This document shows, in pieces, positions 20,309-29,709 of a stretch of 64,000 bases of DNA (within the stretch, counting starts at the first letter, position 1; every line of letters begins with the position of its first letter). Both the position numbers and the translations under genes were made by a program. The stretch is from Desulfuromonadales bacterium (GTDB lineage Bacteria > Desulfobacterota > Desulfuromonadia > Desulfuromonadales > SZUA-540), in contig JAWSUS010000003.1 in NCBI GenBank assembly GCA_033549025.1, forward strand, positions 96,001-160,000. Direction: 5' to 3'. The notes under the pieces are model-generated. The model saw nothing but the letters and a program-made list of their open reading frames with translations, was not told the DNA's origin and did not search any database.

Positions 20309-21094
20309 TCAGCTCTTTTTCTTGTTTGTTTTGGGCTCAAGCAGTCGCTTGAGAACCCTCTTCAGGGCGGTTGAGTCAAGGTCGCGGGTAATCCGGCCGC
20401 CGACGACGACGGAGATCTTGCCCGTCTCTTCCGACACCACGATCGCCACGGCGTCCACCAGTTCTGTCAAACCGATGGCCGCCCGATGACGCGTTCCGAG
20501 TGTCTTGCTGATATCGGGATTCTGGGAGAGGGGTAGAAAGCAGCCAGCGCGTTTCAGCCTCCCCTGCTGGATGACCAGGGCGCCATCATGAATGGGCGAA
20601 TACGGGAGAAAAATGGACGTGATCAGGTCACTGGAGACTTTGGCGTCGATCTCCACGCCGACTTCGAGAAAGTCCTTCAGTCCCGTTTCCCGCTCGATAA
20701 CGATGAGCGCGCCGATACGACGGTTGGCCAAGTTGAGAGTCGCCTTGATCAACTCTTCCATGACCTCCGTCTCCTCTTTGTAAGACAGATCGGCAAAGAA
20801 GGGGTTGCGGCCGACATGAATCAGAGCGCGACGGATGTCATTCTGGAATATGACGACAATCACCAGAATGATAGAAGACAGGAAGTTGTCGAGCAGCCAG
20901 TGCAGGGTATAGAGGCCCCCGATCTGGGACGCGACATAGACAAGAAGGATGACGGCGAGACCAAGCAGCATCTGCACGGCCCGCGTCCCTTTGATGAGCA
21001 GAATAATCCGGTAGATGATATAGGCAACGAGGACGATATCGAGCAGGTCCAGCAACCACCTGAAATTTTTGAATCCTTCCAACATGTCGCCCAT
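20309..21094 (-). CDS. cdaA: Diadenylate cyclase CdaA
   Basis: Three N-terminal TM helices; catalytic HDGA and GTRHRAA motifs, VSEETG; start codon uncertain (21085-21103). Confidence 0.93.
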   Translation of the reverse strand: MGDMLEGFKNFRWLLDLLDIVLVAYIIYRIILLIKGTRAVQMLLGLAVILLVYVASQIGGLYTLHWLLDNFLSSIILVIVVIFQNDIRRALIHVGRNPFFADLSYKEETEVMEELIKATLNLANRRIGALIVIERETGLKDFLEVGVEIDAKVSSDLITSIFLPYSPIHDGALVIQQGRLKRAGCFLPLSQNPDISKTLGTRHRAAIGLTELVDAVAIVVSEETGKISVVVGGRITRDLDSTALKRVLKRLLEPKTNKKKS

Positions 21095-21114
21095 AAAGAA
21101 CACCGGCCTTGATT

Positions 21115-22338
21115 CTATTTGTTTATAACATCACCTCTTGGTTTGCAGATGGCCCAAGCCATATCGGCCGTCTGCCGGGCAGCCCTGACGTCGTGGACGC
21201 GAAACAGGGTAGCACCCTGCTGCACCCCCAAGGCGACCGTCGCCATGGTCCCCATCACCCGTGCCCCCGGATTCGGTTCATCAAGGACTTTTCCGATGAA
21301 TCCTTTTCTGGAGGTGCCGAGGAGAACAGGTCGACCGAGGGAGCGTAGTTCCCCCAGTCGTCGGATAATCTCGAGATTGCCGTCAAGGTCCTTGGCAAAG
21401 CCGACGCCAGGATCCACTGCCATATGGCTGTCAGGAATGCCGGCCGCCCGCCCCTGCTCAAGACATTGGCGGAGATAGGCAATGACCTCTCCGAGCAGAT
21501 CCTGGTAGCGGGTGTCCTGCTGCATGGCGTCGGGACGACCGCGAGTGTGCATGAGAAAAACCCCGGCCCCGCGTGAAGCCACCGTTTCAGCCATGCGAGG
21601 GTCGAACTGCATGCCGCTTATGTCGTTGACAAAATGTCCCCCGACATCGAGGGAAGCGGCCGCAACCTCGCTTTTGGTCGTGTCGACCGAGAGCAGAACA
21701 TCGAAGCGTTGCCTGATTGCCTCAATGATCGGCACCACCCGGTCTATCTCTGCCCCGCTCTCCACGGCTTCCGCCCCGGGGCGGGTACTTTCGCCGCCGA
21801 CGTCGACCAGATCGGCGCCTTCGGCAACCAGGGTCTCGACTCGTCGCAGAGCGTCATCAAGACTCTGATAGCGCCCGCCATCGGAAAAGGAATCCGGAGT
21901 TACGTTCAGTATTCCCATAATGGCCGGCCGGGACAGATCCAGGAAGCCCTGCCGACCATTGAGCCGGGAGGGCACATTTTCCATATCGCGGAGCAAAGCC
22001 GCTATCTCTTCCCCCAACCCGGCCAACCCGAAAGGCTGGGCGCCAAGACGCCGCCCAAGGAGACTCAACTGCTTGCGCGTGCCGATCAGGATGACATCCG
22101 TATGGTCGATGGTGCAGGCCACGCTGCCACGGGCCACGGCCGCATCCCCACCGACGGCCAGCATCTCCTGCTTGAGGATGTTGGCACAGCGGCAGGGGAT
22201 GGCTGAGATCTTTATCAGCGCCGGCACCATTTTGCCCGCCATTTTTTCCACACCGGCGGGATCGGCACCTATGCGCTGAATCTCGACCCGTGCGGTCTCT
22301 TCATCAGAGACCTGCAGGAGACGCGGCAAAAAGCGCAT
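21115..22338 (-). CDS. folP: Dihydropteroate synthase with N-terminal extension
   Basis: MGILNVTPDSFSDGG, GGESTRPG, DPGVGFAK, GTSRKGF, RVHDV. Confidence 0.95.
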   Translation of the reverse strand: MRFLPRLLQVSDEETARVEIQRIGADPAGVEKMAGKMVPALIKISAIPCRCANILKQEMLAVGGDAAVARGSVACTIDHTDVILIGTRKQLSLLGRRLGAQPFGLAGLGEEIAALLRDMENVPSRLNGRQGFLDLSRPAIMGILNVTPDSFSDGGRYQSLDDALRRVETLVAEGADLVDVGGESTRPGAEAVESGAEIDRVVPIIEAIRQRFDVLLSVDTTKSEVAAASLDVGGHFVNDISGMQFDPRMAETVASRGAGVFLMHTRGRPDAMQQDTRYQDLLGEVIAYLRQCLEQGRAAGIPDSHMAVDPGVGFAKDLDGNLEIIRRLGELRSLGRPVLLGTSRKGFIGKVLDEPNPGARVMGTMATVALGVQQGATLFRVHDVRAARQTADMAWAICKPRGDVINK

Positions 22339-24212
22339 CAAGCATCTTTCTCGGAAGCGGTCTCCACGCAGGAGCCCTCTCCGGGTGAGATCGTTCCGCC
22401 TGCCTCTTCAGCCGCTTCTTCGACCTTTTTACCGAAGACCATCTCCTGAATCTCGCTACCGTCAAGGTTTTCTCGCTCCAGCAGCGCCTCGGCGACTTTC
22501 ACGAGAGCCTCCTTGTTCGTCTTGAGAATCTCCCGGGTGCGGTCGTAGTTCTCCTGCACGATGCGACGAATTTCACTGTCGATTTCAATAGCGGTCGCTT
22601 CACTGTAGTTCTTCACGTGTCCCATGTCGCGGCCCAGGAAAACTTCGCCCTCTTTTTCCCCGAAAGCCAAAGGCCCGAGCTTTTCGCTCATGCCCCATTC
22701 GCATACCATCTTGCGGGCGATGGCGGTGGCGCGTTCGATGTCGTTGCTGGCGCCGCTGGTGATGCTGTTGAACATGACTTCTTCGGCCACACGACCACCC
22801 ATTAGGGTGCATATCCGGATATAGAGCCCGTCGCGGGTCTCGTTGTACTTTTCTACTTCAGGAAGATACATGGTGACGCCCATGGCCCTTCCGCGCGGAA
22901 TGATGGACACCTTGTGCACGGGATCGGCGCCGGGGATAAAGAGTGCCACCAGGGCATGACCGGCTTCATGATAGGCCGTCACTTTCTTTTCATCTTCAGT
23001 AATCACCATGGACCGACGTTCGGCGCCCATGAGAACCTTGTCCTTGGCCGCCTCGACATCCTCCATGGTGACTTCGTTTTTATCGGCCCGGGCGGCAAGC
23101 AGAGCGGCTTCATTGACCAGGTTGGCCAGGTCTGCTCCCGAAAAACCGGGAGTCCCCTTGGCGACCACCTCAAGGTTAACATCCTTGCTCAAGGGCACTT
23201 TGCGGGCATGCACCTGGAGAATTTTGGTGCGGCCCTTCACATCCGGCCGAGGCACTACCACCTGCCGATCGAAGCGGCCGGGCCTCAGAAGAGCAGGGTC
23301 GAGAACATCGGGCCGGTTAGTGGCGGCGATAAGAATGACACCTTCGTTCGACTCGAAGCCATCCATTTCAACGAGCAGTTGGTTGAGGGTCTGTTCACGC
23401 TCGTCATGTCCACCGCCAAGACCGGCGCCGCGATGGCGTCCGACGGCATCAATTTCATCGATGAAGATAATGCAAGGGGCATTTTTCTTGCCCTGCACGA
23501 AAAGATCGCGCACCCGACTGGCGCCGACGCCGACGAACATCTCGACGAAATCGGAACCGGAAATGGAGAAGAAGGGAACGCCGGCCTCCCCGGCAATGGC
23601 GCGTGCCAGCAGGGTTTTACCCGTACCGGGCGAACCGACCAGCAGGACGCCTTTGGGGATCTTGCCCCCAAGGCGGGAAAACTTCTTGGGATCTTTCAGG
23701 TAAGAAACGATCTCTTCAAGCTCGTCCTTGGCTTCGTCGATGCCGGCCACGTCACTGAACGTTACCACCGCCTGGGTTTCGGAGAGCAGCTTGGCCCGGC
23801 TCTTGCCAAAGCTCATCGCCTTGCCGCCACCGGACTGCATCTGCCGCATGAAGAAGATCCACACCCCGATGAGTAGCAATATGGGGCCCCATGAGACCAG
23901 CAGAGTGAACCAGAAACTGCGGTCGCCTTCGGGCTTGGCCTGAATGACCACGCCCTTTTCACGCAGAGCTGGGATCAGTTCGGGATCGGCGGGTGCAAAA
24001 GACTTGAAAGAGGTATCATCCTTGTACTTACCCTCGATATTCGACCCCTGGACGGTAACTTCCTGCACCTGCCCTTCTTCAACAGCCGCTAGAAAGGCCG
24101 TATAGCTGATGGCTTTCTGCTCGGCACCCTTCTGGGTCATCATATTGAAGAGGAGGATCATCACCAGAGATATGACCAGCCAGAGTGCAATATTTTTATA
24201 AAATTGATTCAC
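22338..24212 (-). CDS. ftsH: ATP-dependent zinc metalloprotease FtsH
   Basis: Two TMs, Walker [28 protein letters not shown]. Confidence 0.98.
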   Translation of the reverse strand: MNQFYKNIALWLVISLVMILLFNMMTQKGAEQKAISYTAFLAAVEEGQVQEVTVQGSNIEGKYKDDTSFKSFAPADPELIPALREKGVVIQAKPEGDRSFWFTLLVSWGPILLLIGVWIFFMRQMQSGGGKAMSFGKSRAKLLSETQAVVTFSDVAGIDEAKDELEEIVSYLKDPKKFSRLGGKIPKGVLLVGSPGTGKTLLARAIAGEAGVPFFSISGSDFVEMFVGVGASRVRDLFVQGKKNAPCIIFIDEIDAVGRHRGAGLGGGHDEREQTLNQLLVEMDGFESNEGVILIAATNRPDVLDPALLRPGRFDRQVVVPRPDVKGRTKILQVHARKVPLSKDVNLEVVAKGTPGFSGADLANLVNEAALLAARADKNEVTMEDVEAAKDKVLMGAERRSMVITEDEKKVTAYHEAGHALVALFIPGADPVHKVSIIPRGRAMGVTMYLPEVEKYNETRDGLYIRICTLMGGRVAEEVMFNSITSGASNDIERATAIARKMVCEWGMSEKLGPLAFGEKEGEVFLGRDMGHVKNYSEATAIEIDSEIRRIVQENYDRTREILKTNKEALVKVAEALLERENLDGSEIQEMVFGKKVEEAAEEAGGTISPGEGSCVETASEKDA

Positions 24213-24341
24213 TTTACCCCCTAAATTTTCTTTTTTTAATCACCCCTCCGGAACAAGGGGCGTGAAAAGCCGGCTGAAACTGAGAAAAAGTACCACAAAC
24301 CCTGCGATTTCACAAGCCGCTTGTCAGGGTTTATCCACCGT

Positions 24342-25712
24342 TTACGGCGACGGATCCGACGCGGAAATTTCCAGCCGCAGAACCGTTCCGCCATCTTGGC
24401 CGGGAGCCAAACCGGCACAACGCCGCCACCCTGCTATCCAGAGAATTTGTCCCTTCCATTCAACCAGAGGGATGCGCTGGCGCTCTTCCCGCAGAATCTT
24501 TTCGTCAACAAAAAAATCTTTCACCTTCTTATGTCCAGCCATCCCCGAAGGCTGAAAGCGATCGCCTTTCCGGAAGGAACGGACCCGAAGAGGGAAGGAC
24601 ACTTTCTCCGCATCAAACTCAACGGCCCGGAGCCCCTCCCCAGCGGATCGGGAGATCAAAGAAACCTTAAGTTCGCGGCCACCGGGAATGGCAAATACAC
24701 CAGGGCCATCAATTTCGACCTCATAAGAGTCCGTGGCAAAAAACGGTTCCCCTCGCAGAAACAACCGATCATAGCGCCGGCAGGACCAGACCCCGCCAAG
24801 AGCAAGGTCGGACTGGGGCGCGGGAGACCGGAGTTGGACATCGATCGCCTCCAGATGCGCCGAAGCAAGGCCATGCACCTGGCCACGCACGTGGATCAGG
24901 CCGTGGCGCAGCACACGTATCCGCAAGGCAGGATGGAGTGAAATCAGTGCGGACCGCTCAAAACAAACCTCTCCATCGACCGCGGTTCCACAGGCAGAAA
25001 AAGCCCTGCGAGTCTCCTGCTGCCAGTAGTCCTCCTCACCGTCAAGACGAGAGGCCAGCGCATTCAGATGGGGAACAATCTGGGGATTAAAGGTCTGCAG
25101 AAGCGGCACGAGCTCATGGCGAATCCGATTGCGCGTAAAACGCCGATCGGCATTGCTTTCATCTTCCACACAGGAGAGGCCATGGGCCTGCAGGTAGCCC
25201 TTTAAACGGGCTGACGACAGATTGAGCAGAGGCCGCACATAAAGCCCGGAGCGGAAACGCATGGCAGCCAAACCCGATAGGCCACTGCCACGGATCAGAC
25301 GATGAAGAAGGGTTTCGGCCTGGTCCCCTTGATGGTGACCAAGCGCCACAGCATCGCAGCCCAAATCAGTCGCCGTTTTTTCGAGGAAAGTCCGGCGAGC
25401 AGACCGAGCCGCCTCTTCGAGTCCAAGCCCACGCCGAGAAGCCAGGGCAGGGACATTTTCAGAGCCGATCGTCAGGGGAACGCTCAACTGTCGGCAGATA
25501 TTCCGCACGAATTCGGCATCGGCCGAACTGGCGGTTCGCATCTGATGATCGAAATGGGCCGCTTCAAGCGTCAGGGGATAGGTTTCCGCCAGTTCACGAA
25601 GCAAGGCCAGCAGCGCGACAGAATCGCCTCCACCCGAGACAGCCACCAGAAGCTTGCTGCCAGGACTGACACGACAGGAGACCCGTAGCGTTCTTTCAAC
25701 CTCTGCGAGCAT
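24342..25712 (-). CDS. tilS: tRNA(Ile)-lysidine synthetase
   Basis: AVSGGGDS PP-loop, HHQGDQAET, DESN, RNRIR. Confidence 0.95.
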   Translation of the reverse strand: MLAEVERTLRVSCRVSPGSKLLVAVSGGGDSVALLALLRELAETYPLTLEAAHFDHQMRTASSADAEFVRNICRQLSVPLTIGSENVPALASRRGLGLEEAARSARRTFLEKTATDLGCDAVALGHHQGDQAETLLHRLIRGSGLSGLAAMRFRSGLYVRPLLNLSSARLKGYLQAHGLSCVEDESNADRRFTRNRIRHELVPLLQTFNPQIVPHLNALASRLDGEEDYWQQETRRAFSACGTAVDGEVCFERSALISLHPALRIRVLRHGLIHVRGQVHGLASAHLEAIDVQLRSPAPQSDLALGGVWSCRRYDRLFLRGEPFFATDSYEVEIDGPGVFAIPGGRELKVSLISRSAGEGLRAVEFDAEKVSFPLRVRSFRKGDRFQPSGMAGHKKVKDFFVDEKILREERQRIPLVEWKGQILWIAGWRRCAGLAPGQDGGTVLRLEISASDPSP

Positions 25713-25724
25713 GATGCCTCAATG

Positions 25725-25755
25725 AAAAAACCCTCCCCGGAAAGCCGGGGAGGGT
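25725..25755 (-). terminator. Terminator of the tRNA pair
   Basis: ACCCTCCCCGG-4 nt-CCGGGGAGGGT with T run on the minus strand. Confidence 0.85.
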
Positions 25756-25762
25756 CTGGGGA

Positions 25763-25839
25763 TGGTGGCGGTGCAGAGATTCGAACTCCGGACACTGCGG
25801 ATATGAGCCGCATGCTCTAACCAACTGAGCTACACCGCC
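25763..25839 (-). tRNA. tRNA-Met(CAT), probably elongator
   Basis: GGCGGTGTAGCTCAGTTGG...CTCATAT...GTTCGAATC...CACCGCCACCA; paired G1-C72, encoded CCA. Confidence 0.92.
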
Positions 25840-25885
25840 AAACTTTTCGTCTATGTGGACTCCCGGCCTCCGGGAGATCTCTTTT

Positions 25886-25962
<77 letters not shown>

Positions 25963-25975
25963 CCAGGGAGATGGC

Positions 25976-26004
25976 AATTTAGCCAGAACGGAATGTAAAG
26001 TCAA
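25976..26004 (-). promoter_or_regulatory. Sigma70 promoter of the tRNA pair
   Basis: TTGACT-17 nt-TAAATT, 13 nt upstream of tRNA-fMet. Confidence 0.7.
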
Positions 26005-26070
26005 GATTTTTTTTCAGCCTTTTCCCCTCTCTTCTTCAGGCAGGCAACAGGACGAAGAAAGCCGCTTTTA

Positions 26071-26742
26071 TCAACGCCTTCTCACCAGCGCCGACAAGCG
26101 TTCCTCCTTTTTCAGGCGCTCAACAACCTGCCCCGCGTCTGCCTCGCCGGCAAAAGGTCCAACCAGCACGCGATGCCAAATTCCCTTGCTGCCCAGGTCC
26201 CCTTTTTCGAGAAAAACAGCGTACCCCTGGGCTTCGAGACGCCCCTTGAGGCGCTCCGCTTCGTCCACGGAACGGAACGAAGCCACCTGCACCACATGGG
26301 TTCCGGCCGGATGACTCTTGGGGGCGGCTGCCGGCGAGGTTTTCGGAGGTTCGGTCGAGGCTTTTTCCGGAGCCTGAACACTGGCCGCGGGCTCTTGGGG
26401 AGAAGGTGGTATCTTGGCGGCAGGAGGACGGTTGATTCCACTCCCCAGCGGCGACTGTCCGGCCATCGGCAGGGTTTCATAAAAAGTCAGGCTCTCGGCC
26501 ACGTCGACCGGTCGGCCCTCTTCTTTTACCTCGCCCTCCACCGCAGCTTCACCCTTTTTATCCACCGGCACGCGCAGGGGCGCCTCCAACTGGGCAGAAG
26601 AATCCGTCGGCGCCGTGGCCCGACCCACCATGAACCCAAGGACAAAACTGACCAGCGACACGGCGAGCATGAGGATCAGCAGAATGACAGCCTGCTTCTT
26701 TTCAATCCGCCGCTGGGAACGTGAAGGAACCTGGCGCATCAT
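26071..26742 (-). CDS. SPOR-domain cell division protein (FtsN/DedD-like)
   Basis: TM helix, LTFYETL, Pro/Ala-rich linker, VQVASF...WHRVLVGPF; follows argS. Confidence 0.88.
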   Translation of the reverse strand: MMRQVPSRSQRRIEKKQAVILLILMLAVSLVSFVLGFMVGRATAPTDSSAQLEAPLRVPVDKKGEAAVEGEVKEEGRPVDVAESLTFYETLPMAGQSPLGSGINRPPAAKIPPSPQEPAASVQAPEKASTEPPKTSPAAAPKSHPAGTHVVQVASFRSVDEAERLKGRLEAQGYAVFLEKGDLGSKGIWHRVLVGPFAGEADAGQVVERLKKEERLSALVRRR

Positions 26743-26752
26743 CCTCTCCCGA

Positions 26753-28417
26753 TCACATCTGCTCCGGCGCCGAAACACCGAGCAGGTTCAAGGCATTGGC
26801 AAAGACGATACGTACACTGTTGGCCAGATAGAGCCGCGCTTTGCTGGTCTCCACATCGTCAACCAGAATGCGCTGGCGGTTGTAATAGCTGTGAAACTGT
26901 GCGGCCAACTCCTGCAGATAAAAGGTGATACGGTGAGGTTCATGGTGTCGGGCCGCCCCCAGCACGATTTCGGGATAGCGGGCCAGCAACTTGGCCAACG
27001 CCAGCTCTTCCTCCAGGGTCAGGCAATCGAAGTCGACTTCGCCGATGGCGGGCACCTGAAGCTTCTGGGTTTCGGCATTGCGGTTGATGCTGCAGACGCG
27101 AGCATGGGCGTATTGCACATAATAGACGGGATTTTCGGTACTCTGCTGTTTGGCCAACTCCAGATCGAAATCGAGCTGACTGTCGGAGCGGCGCATCAGG
27201 AAAAAATAGCGACAGGCATCCTTGCCGACCTCATCGACTACTTCGCGCAGCGTCACGAATTCGCCGGAGCGGGTACTCATGGCCACCTGCTGGCCACCCC
27301 GCAGCAGATTAACCAGCTGGACAAGCAGCACCTGCAGGTCATCGGGATTACGCCCCAAGGCCTGCACAACCGCTTTCATCCGAGGGATATAGCCATGGTG
27401 GTCAGCCCCCCAGACATCGATGACCTGGTCGAAGCCCCGCTCGAACTTCTCCTTGTGGTAGGCGACGTCGGAGGCGAAGTAGGTGGTGGCGCCGTTGGAG
27501 CGCACCATGACGCGGTCTTTGTCGTCGCCAAAGTCGGTGGTGCGGAACCAGATGGCCTCATCCTTTTCATAGGCGTAGCCTTTTTCCTGCAGCAGGGCAA
27601 CCCCCTGCTCCACCTGGCCGCGGTCGTACAAGCCCTGCTCGCTGTACCAGTTGTCGAAATGCACGCCAAAAGCCTGCAAATCCGCATCAATACCGGCCAG
27701 AATCTTTTGGCCGCCATATTCGGCAAAGGCGCGGACGGCCTCTTCTTCGGAAGCCCGCACATAGCGCTCGCCTTCGGCGTCAAGAACCTCCTGCGCCAGT
27801 TCGCGAATGTAGTCGCCCTGGTAGCAGTCCTGGGGAAAATTAACCTCTTCGCCCAGCAGTTGACGATAGCGCAGATAGAGGGAGCGCCCCAGGGTGTTCA
27901 TCTGGTTGCCGGCATCGTTGATGTAGTATTCACACTGCACATCATAACCGGTCGCCTTCAGCAGGGAGGCGACCGCATCTCCCGTAGCGGCGCCCCGTCC
28001 ATGGCCGATATGCAGAGGACCGGTCGGATTGGCACTGACAAATTCCACCTGAACCTTTTTGCCGGCACCGGCCTGGCTCTCCCCGTAGCGACGGCCATGG
28101 CGATAGATATCGTCGAGCACCCCATACCAGCAGCGATTGGTCAAAAAGAAGTTGATGAATCCGGGCCCGGCCACGGTCACCTTGTTCCACAGTTCGCCGC
28201 CGTCACCCAAGGCCGCCAGCAGGATCTCGGCAATCTGACGCGGAGCCTTCTTTTCTGCCCGAGCCAGCAGCATGGCCGCATTCGTCGCATAATCGCCATG
28301 TTCGGCATGGGCGGGAACTTCCACGGTAAATTCGGGATAGAGCCCCGAGGCCAGAGTCCCCTTGGCGTAACAATCGGCCAGGGCATCTTTGATGTGTTTC
28401 GCTAACCGTTCTTTCAT
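26753..28417 (-). CDS. argS: Arginine--tRNA ligase
   Basis: HGDYATN, EFVSANPTGPLHIGHGRGA, WGADHHGY, MSTRSG, YVQYAHAR. Confidence 0.98.
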   Translation of the reverse strand: MKERLAKHIKDALADCYAKGTLASGLYPEFTVEVPAHAEHGDYATNAAMLLARAEKKAPRQIAEILLAALGDGGELWNKVTVAGPGFINFFLTNRCWYGVLDDIYRHGRRYGESQAGAGKKVQVEFVSANPTGPLHIGHGRGAATGDAVASLLKATGYDVQCEYYINDAGNQMNTLGRSLYLRYRQLLGEEVNFPQDCYQGDYIRELAQEVLDAEGERYVRASEEEAVRAFAEYGGQKILAGIDADLQAFGVHFDNWYSEQGLYDRGQVEQGVALLQEKGYAYEKDEAIWFRTTDFGDDKDRVMVRSNGATTYFASDVAYHKEKFERGFDQVIDVWGADHHGYIPRMKAVVQALGRNPDDLQVLLVQLVNLLRGGQQVAMSTRSGEFVTLREVVDEVGKDACRYFFLMRRSDSQLDFDLELAKQQSTENPVYYVQYAHARVCSINRNAETQKLQVPAIGEVDFDCLTLEEELALAKLLARYPEIVLGAARHHEPHRITFYLQELAAQFHSYYNRQRILVDDVETSKARLYLANSVRIVFANALNLLGVSAPEQM

Positions 28418-28423
28418 GACCAG

Positions 28424-28603
28424 CTATTCTCTTTCCTGTGTTTTGGCTGAATCAGCCTCATTAATTGCAGATTCCTTCTGCAGCTGCACATCCTCGGTAA
28501 AATCGGGGCAATGAAGTGTGACATCGCCGCCCATGGCAAATCGCTTGGCACAGCTTTCCCGCCAGGCACAAAGAGGGCAGATTTTTTGGACATCCCTGGA
28601 CAT
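28424..28603 (-). CDS. 59-aa four-Cys small protein (absent from the ORF track)
   Basis: MSRDVQKICPLCAWRESCAKRFAMGGDVTLHCPDFTEDVQLQKESAINEADSAKTQERE; GAGGAG 12 nt upstream; stops 6 nt before argS. Confidence 0.7.
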   Translation of the reverse strand: MSRDVQKICPLCAWRESCAKRFAMGGDVTLHCPDFTEDVQLQKESAINEADSAKTQERE

Positions 28604-28639
28604 ACGCCGACACGTCTCCTCTCTTGCAAAAAGAGAGTT

Positions 28640-28669
28640 ATGTTAGCGCCAGGCATGGATTCCTGTCAA
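28640..28669 (-). promoter_or_regulatory. Putative sigma70 promoter of small ORF-argS-SPOR
   Basis: TTGACA-18 nt-TAACAT on the minus strand. Confidence 0.5.
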
Positions 28670-28754
28670 GAAATCCCACGACAGACGCGCACATATCGTC
28701 CTGAAAATGGAGACCAAGCAAGATGGCGGAACCAGAAAAGCGTGAAAAGGACAA

Positions 28755-29108
28755 TCAGGGGGAGGAGGCAGAAGGGGAAGCGGCAGGGAGGCTTTCTTTC
28801 TCTTCGGCGGGAAACTGGTAGACCAGTTCGTCGTCCTTGACCATCCCCAAATCCTTCCGGGCAATGCCTTCGAGGTATTTGCGGTCCGAGCGCAGGGACT
28901 CTATCTCCTGCCGGAGGGCAGTATTCTCCTCTTCCAGGCGGCGTATATCTTCCGCCAGGGCATCGCCTTGCGCCTTGGCCTGCATGGCGCGCAAAACGCC
29001 ATTCTCGCCAAAAACGGCCACGCCTAGAAGCAGAAGCAGAAAAAGCAGAGACCACAGGGGGATGGAGGAAGTGGAGGATTTCGTTTTTACCGAATCGGAA
29101 TCTGACAT
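28755..29108 (-). CDS. ftsB: Septum formation initiator FtsB/DivIC family
   Basis: TM, FGENG, coiled coil, YLEGIARKDLGMVKDDELVY. Confidence 0.85.
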   Translation of the reverse strand: MSDSDSVKTKSSTSSIPLWSLLFLLLLLGVAVFGENGVLRAMQAKAQGDALAEDIRRLEEENTALRQEIESLRSDRKYLEGIARKDLGMVKDDELVYQFPAEEKESLPAASPSASSP

Positions 29109-29183
29109 ACCCGAGCCTGAATGTGCAGTGGAACATCGGTGCCCGCCGGCACAAGCCGACAGGCACCGACAGAAATCCCGTCA

Positions 29184-29483
29184 TTACTCGACGACGATAT
29201 AGTCCTTCAGTTTCTCCAGTTTCTTCTGGCCGATACCTTTGACATTGACCAGTTCATCGGAAGAACGGAATGGTCCTTTCTCCGTCCGATAGGCCACGAT
29301 CCGCTCCGCCGTTACCTGACCCACGTTAGGCAAGCGCTGCAGTTCTGCCACGGTAGCCTGATTGATATTTACCACGGCGACCGCAGCGGCCGCGTTCCCT
29401 CCCTGAAGAGGCTTGCTGTACCCTGTTGAAGCAACCATAAAGAGTGACAGCACCATAACACAAACAATAAAGACGTTCCTCAT
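29184..29483 (-). CDS. comEA: ComEA family DNA-binding protein with signal peptide
   Basis: VNINQATVAELQRLPNVG...AERIVAYR...GPF...VKGIG; AGGAG SD. Confidence 0.88.
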   Translation of the reverse strand: MRNVFIVCVMVLSLFMVASTGYSKPLQGGNAAAAVAVVNINQATVAELQRLPNVGQVTAERIVAYRTEKGPFRSSDELVNVKGIGQKKLEKLKDYIVVE

Positions 29484-29653
29484 TTAATTTTCTCCTAGAT
29501 GAAATGGTGATGACACACGTCAGGCCGACCGTCTCCCCCCTCCTTTCCGCCCCCTATGAGGCAGGTCAGGCGCGATCGTGTGGCCGATTCCTTAATCGGC
29601 CCATCCTAATTAACATATCATTAGAAAAAGTCAATTGGATTTAACCAAAACAC

Positions 29654-29675
29654 AAAAAAACCGGCCAGGCCGGTT
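29654..29675 (-). terminator. Terminator after lptD
   Basis: AACCGGC-3 nt-GCCGGTT followed by T run on the minus strand. Confidence 0.65.
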
Positions 29676-29709
29676 CTTGTCAACAAATGGGGGTAAAGAG
29701 AGGGAAGGT

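Noticed and set aside
25763..25839. Possible tRNA-Ile2 because it neighbours tilS
   Set aside because: The acceptor stem GGCGGUG resembles elongator tRNA-Met; kept as Met pending isotype modelling
28414..28656. 80-aa ORF listed upstream of argS
   Set aside because: It overlaps the predicted promoter and the argS start; the 59-aa four-Cys ORF in another frame has an SD and a better fit
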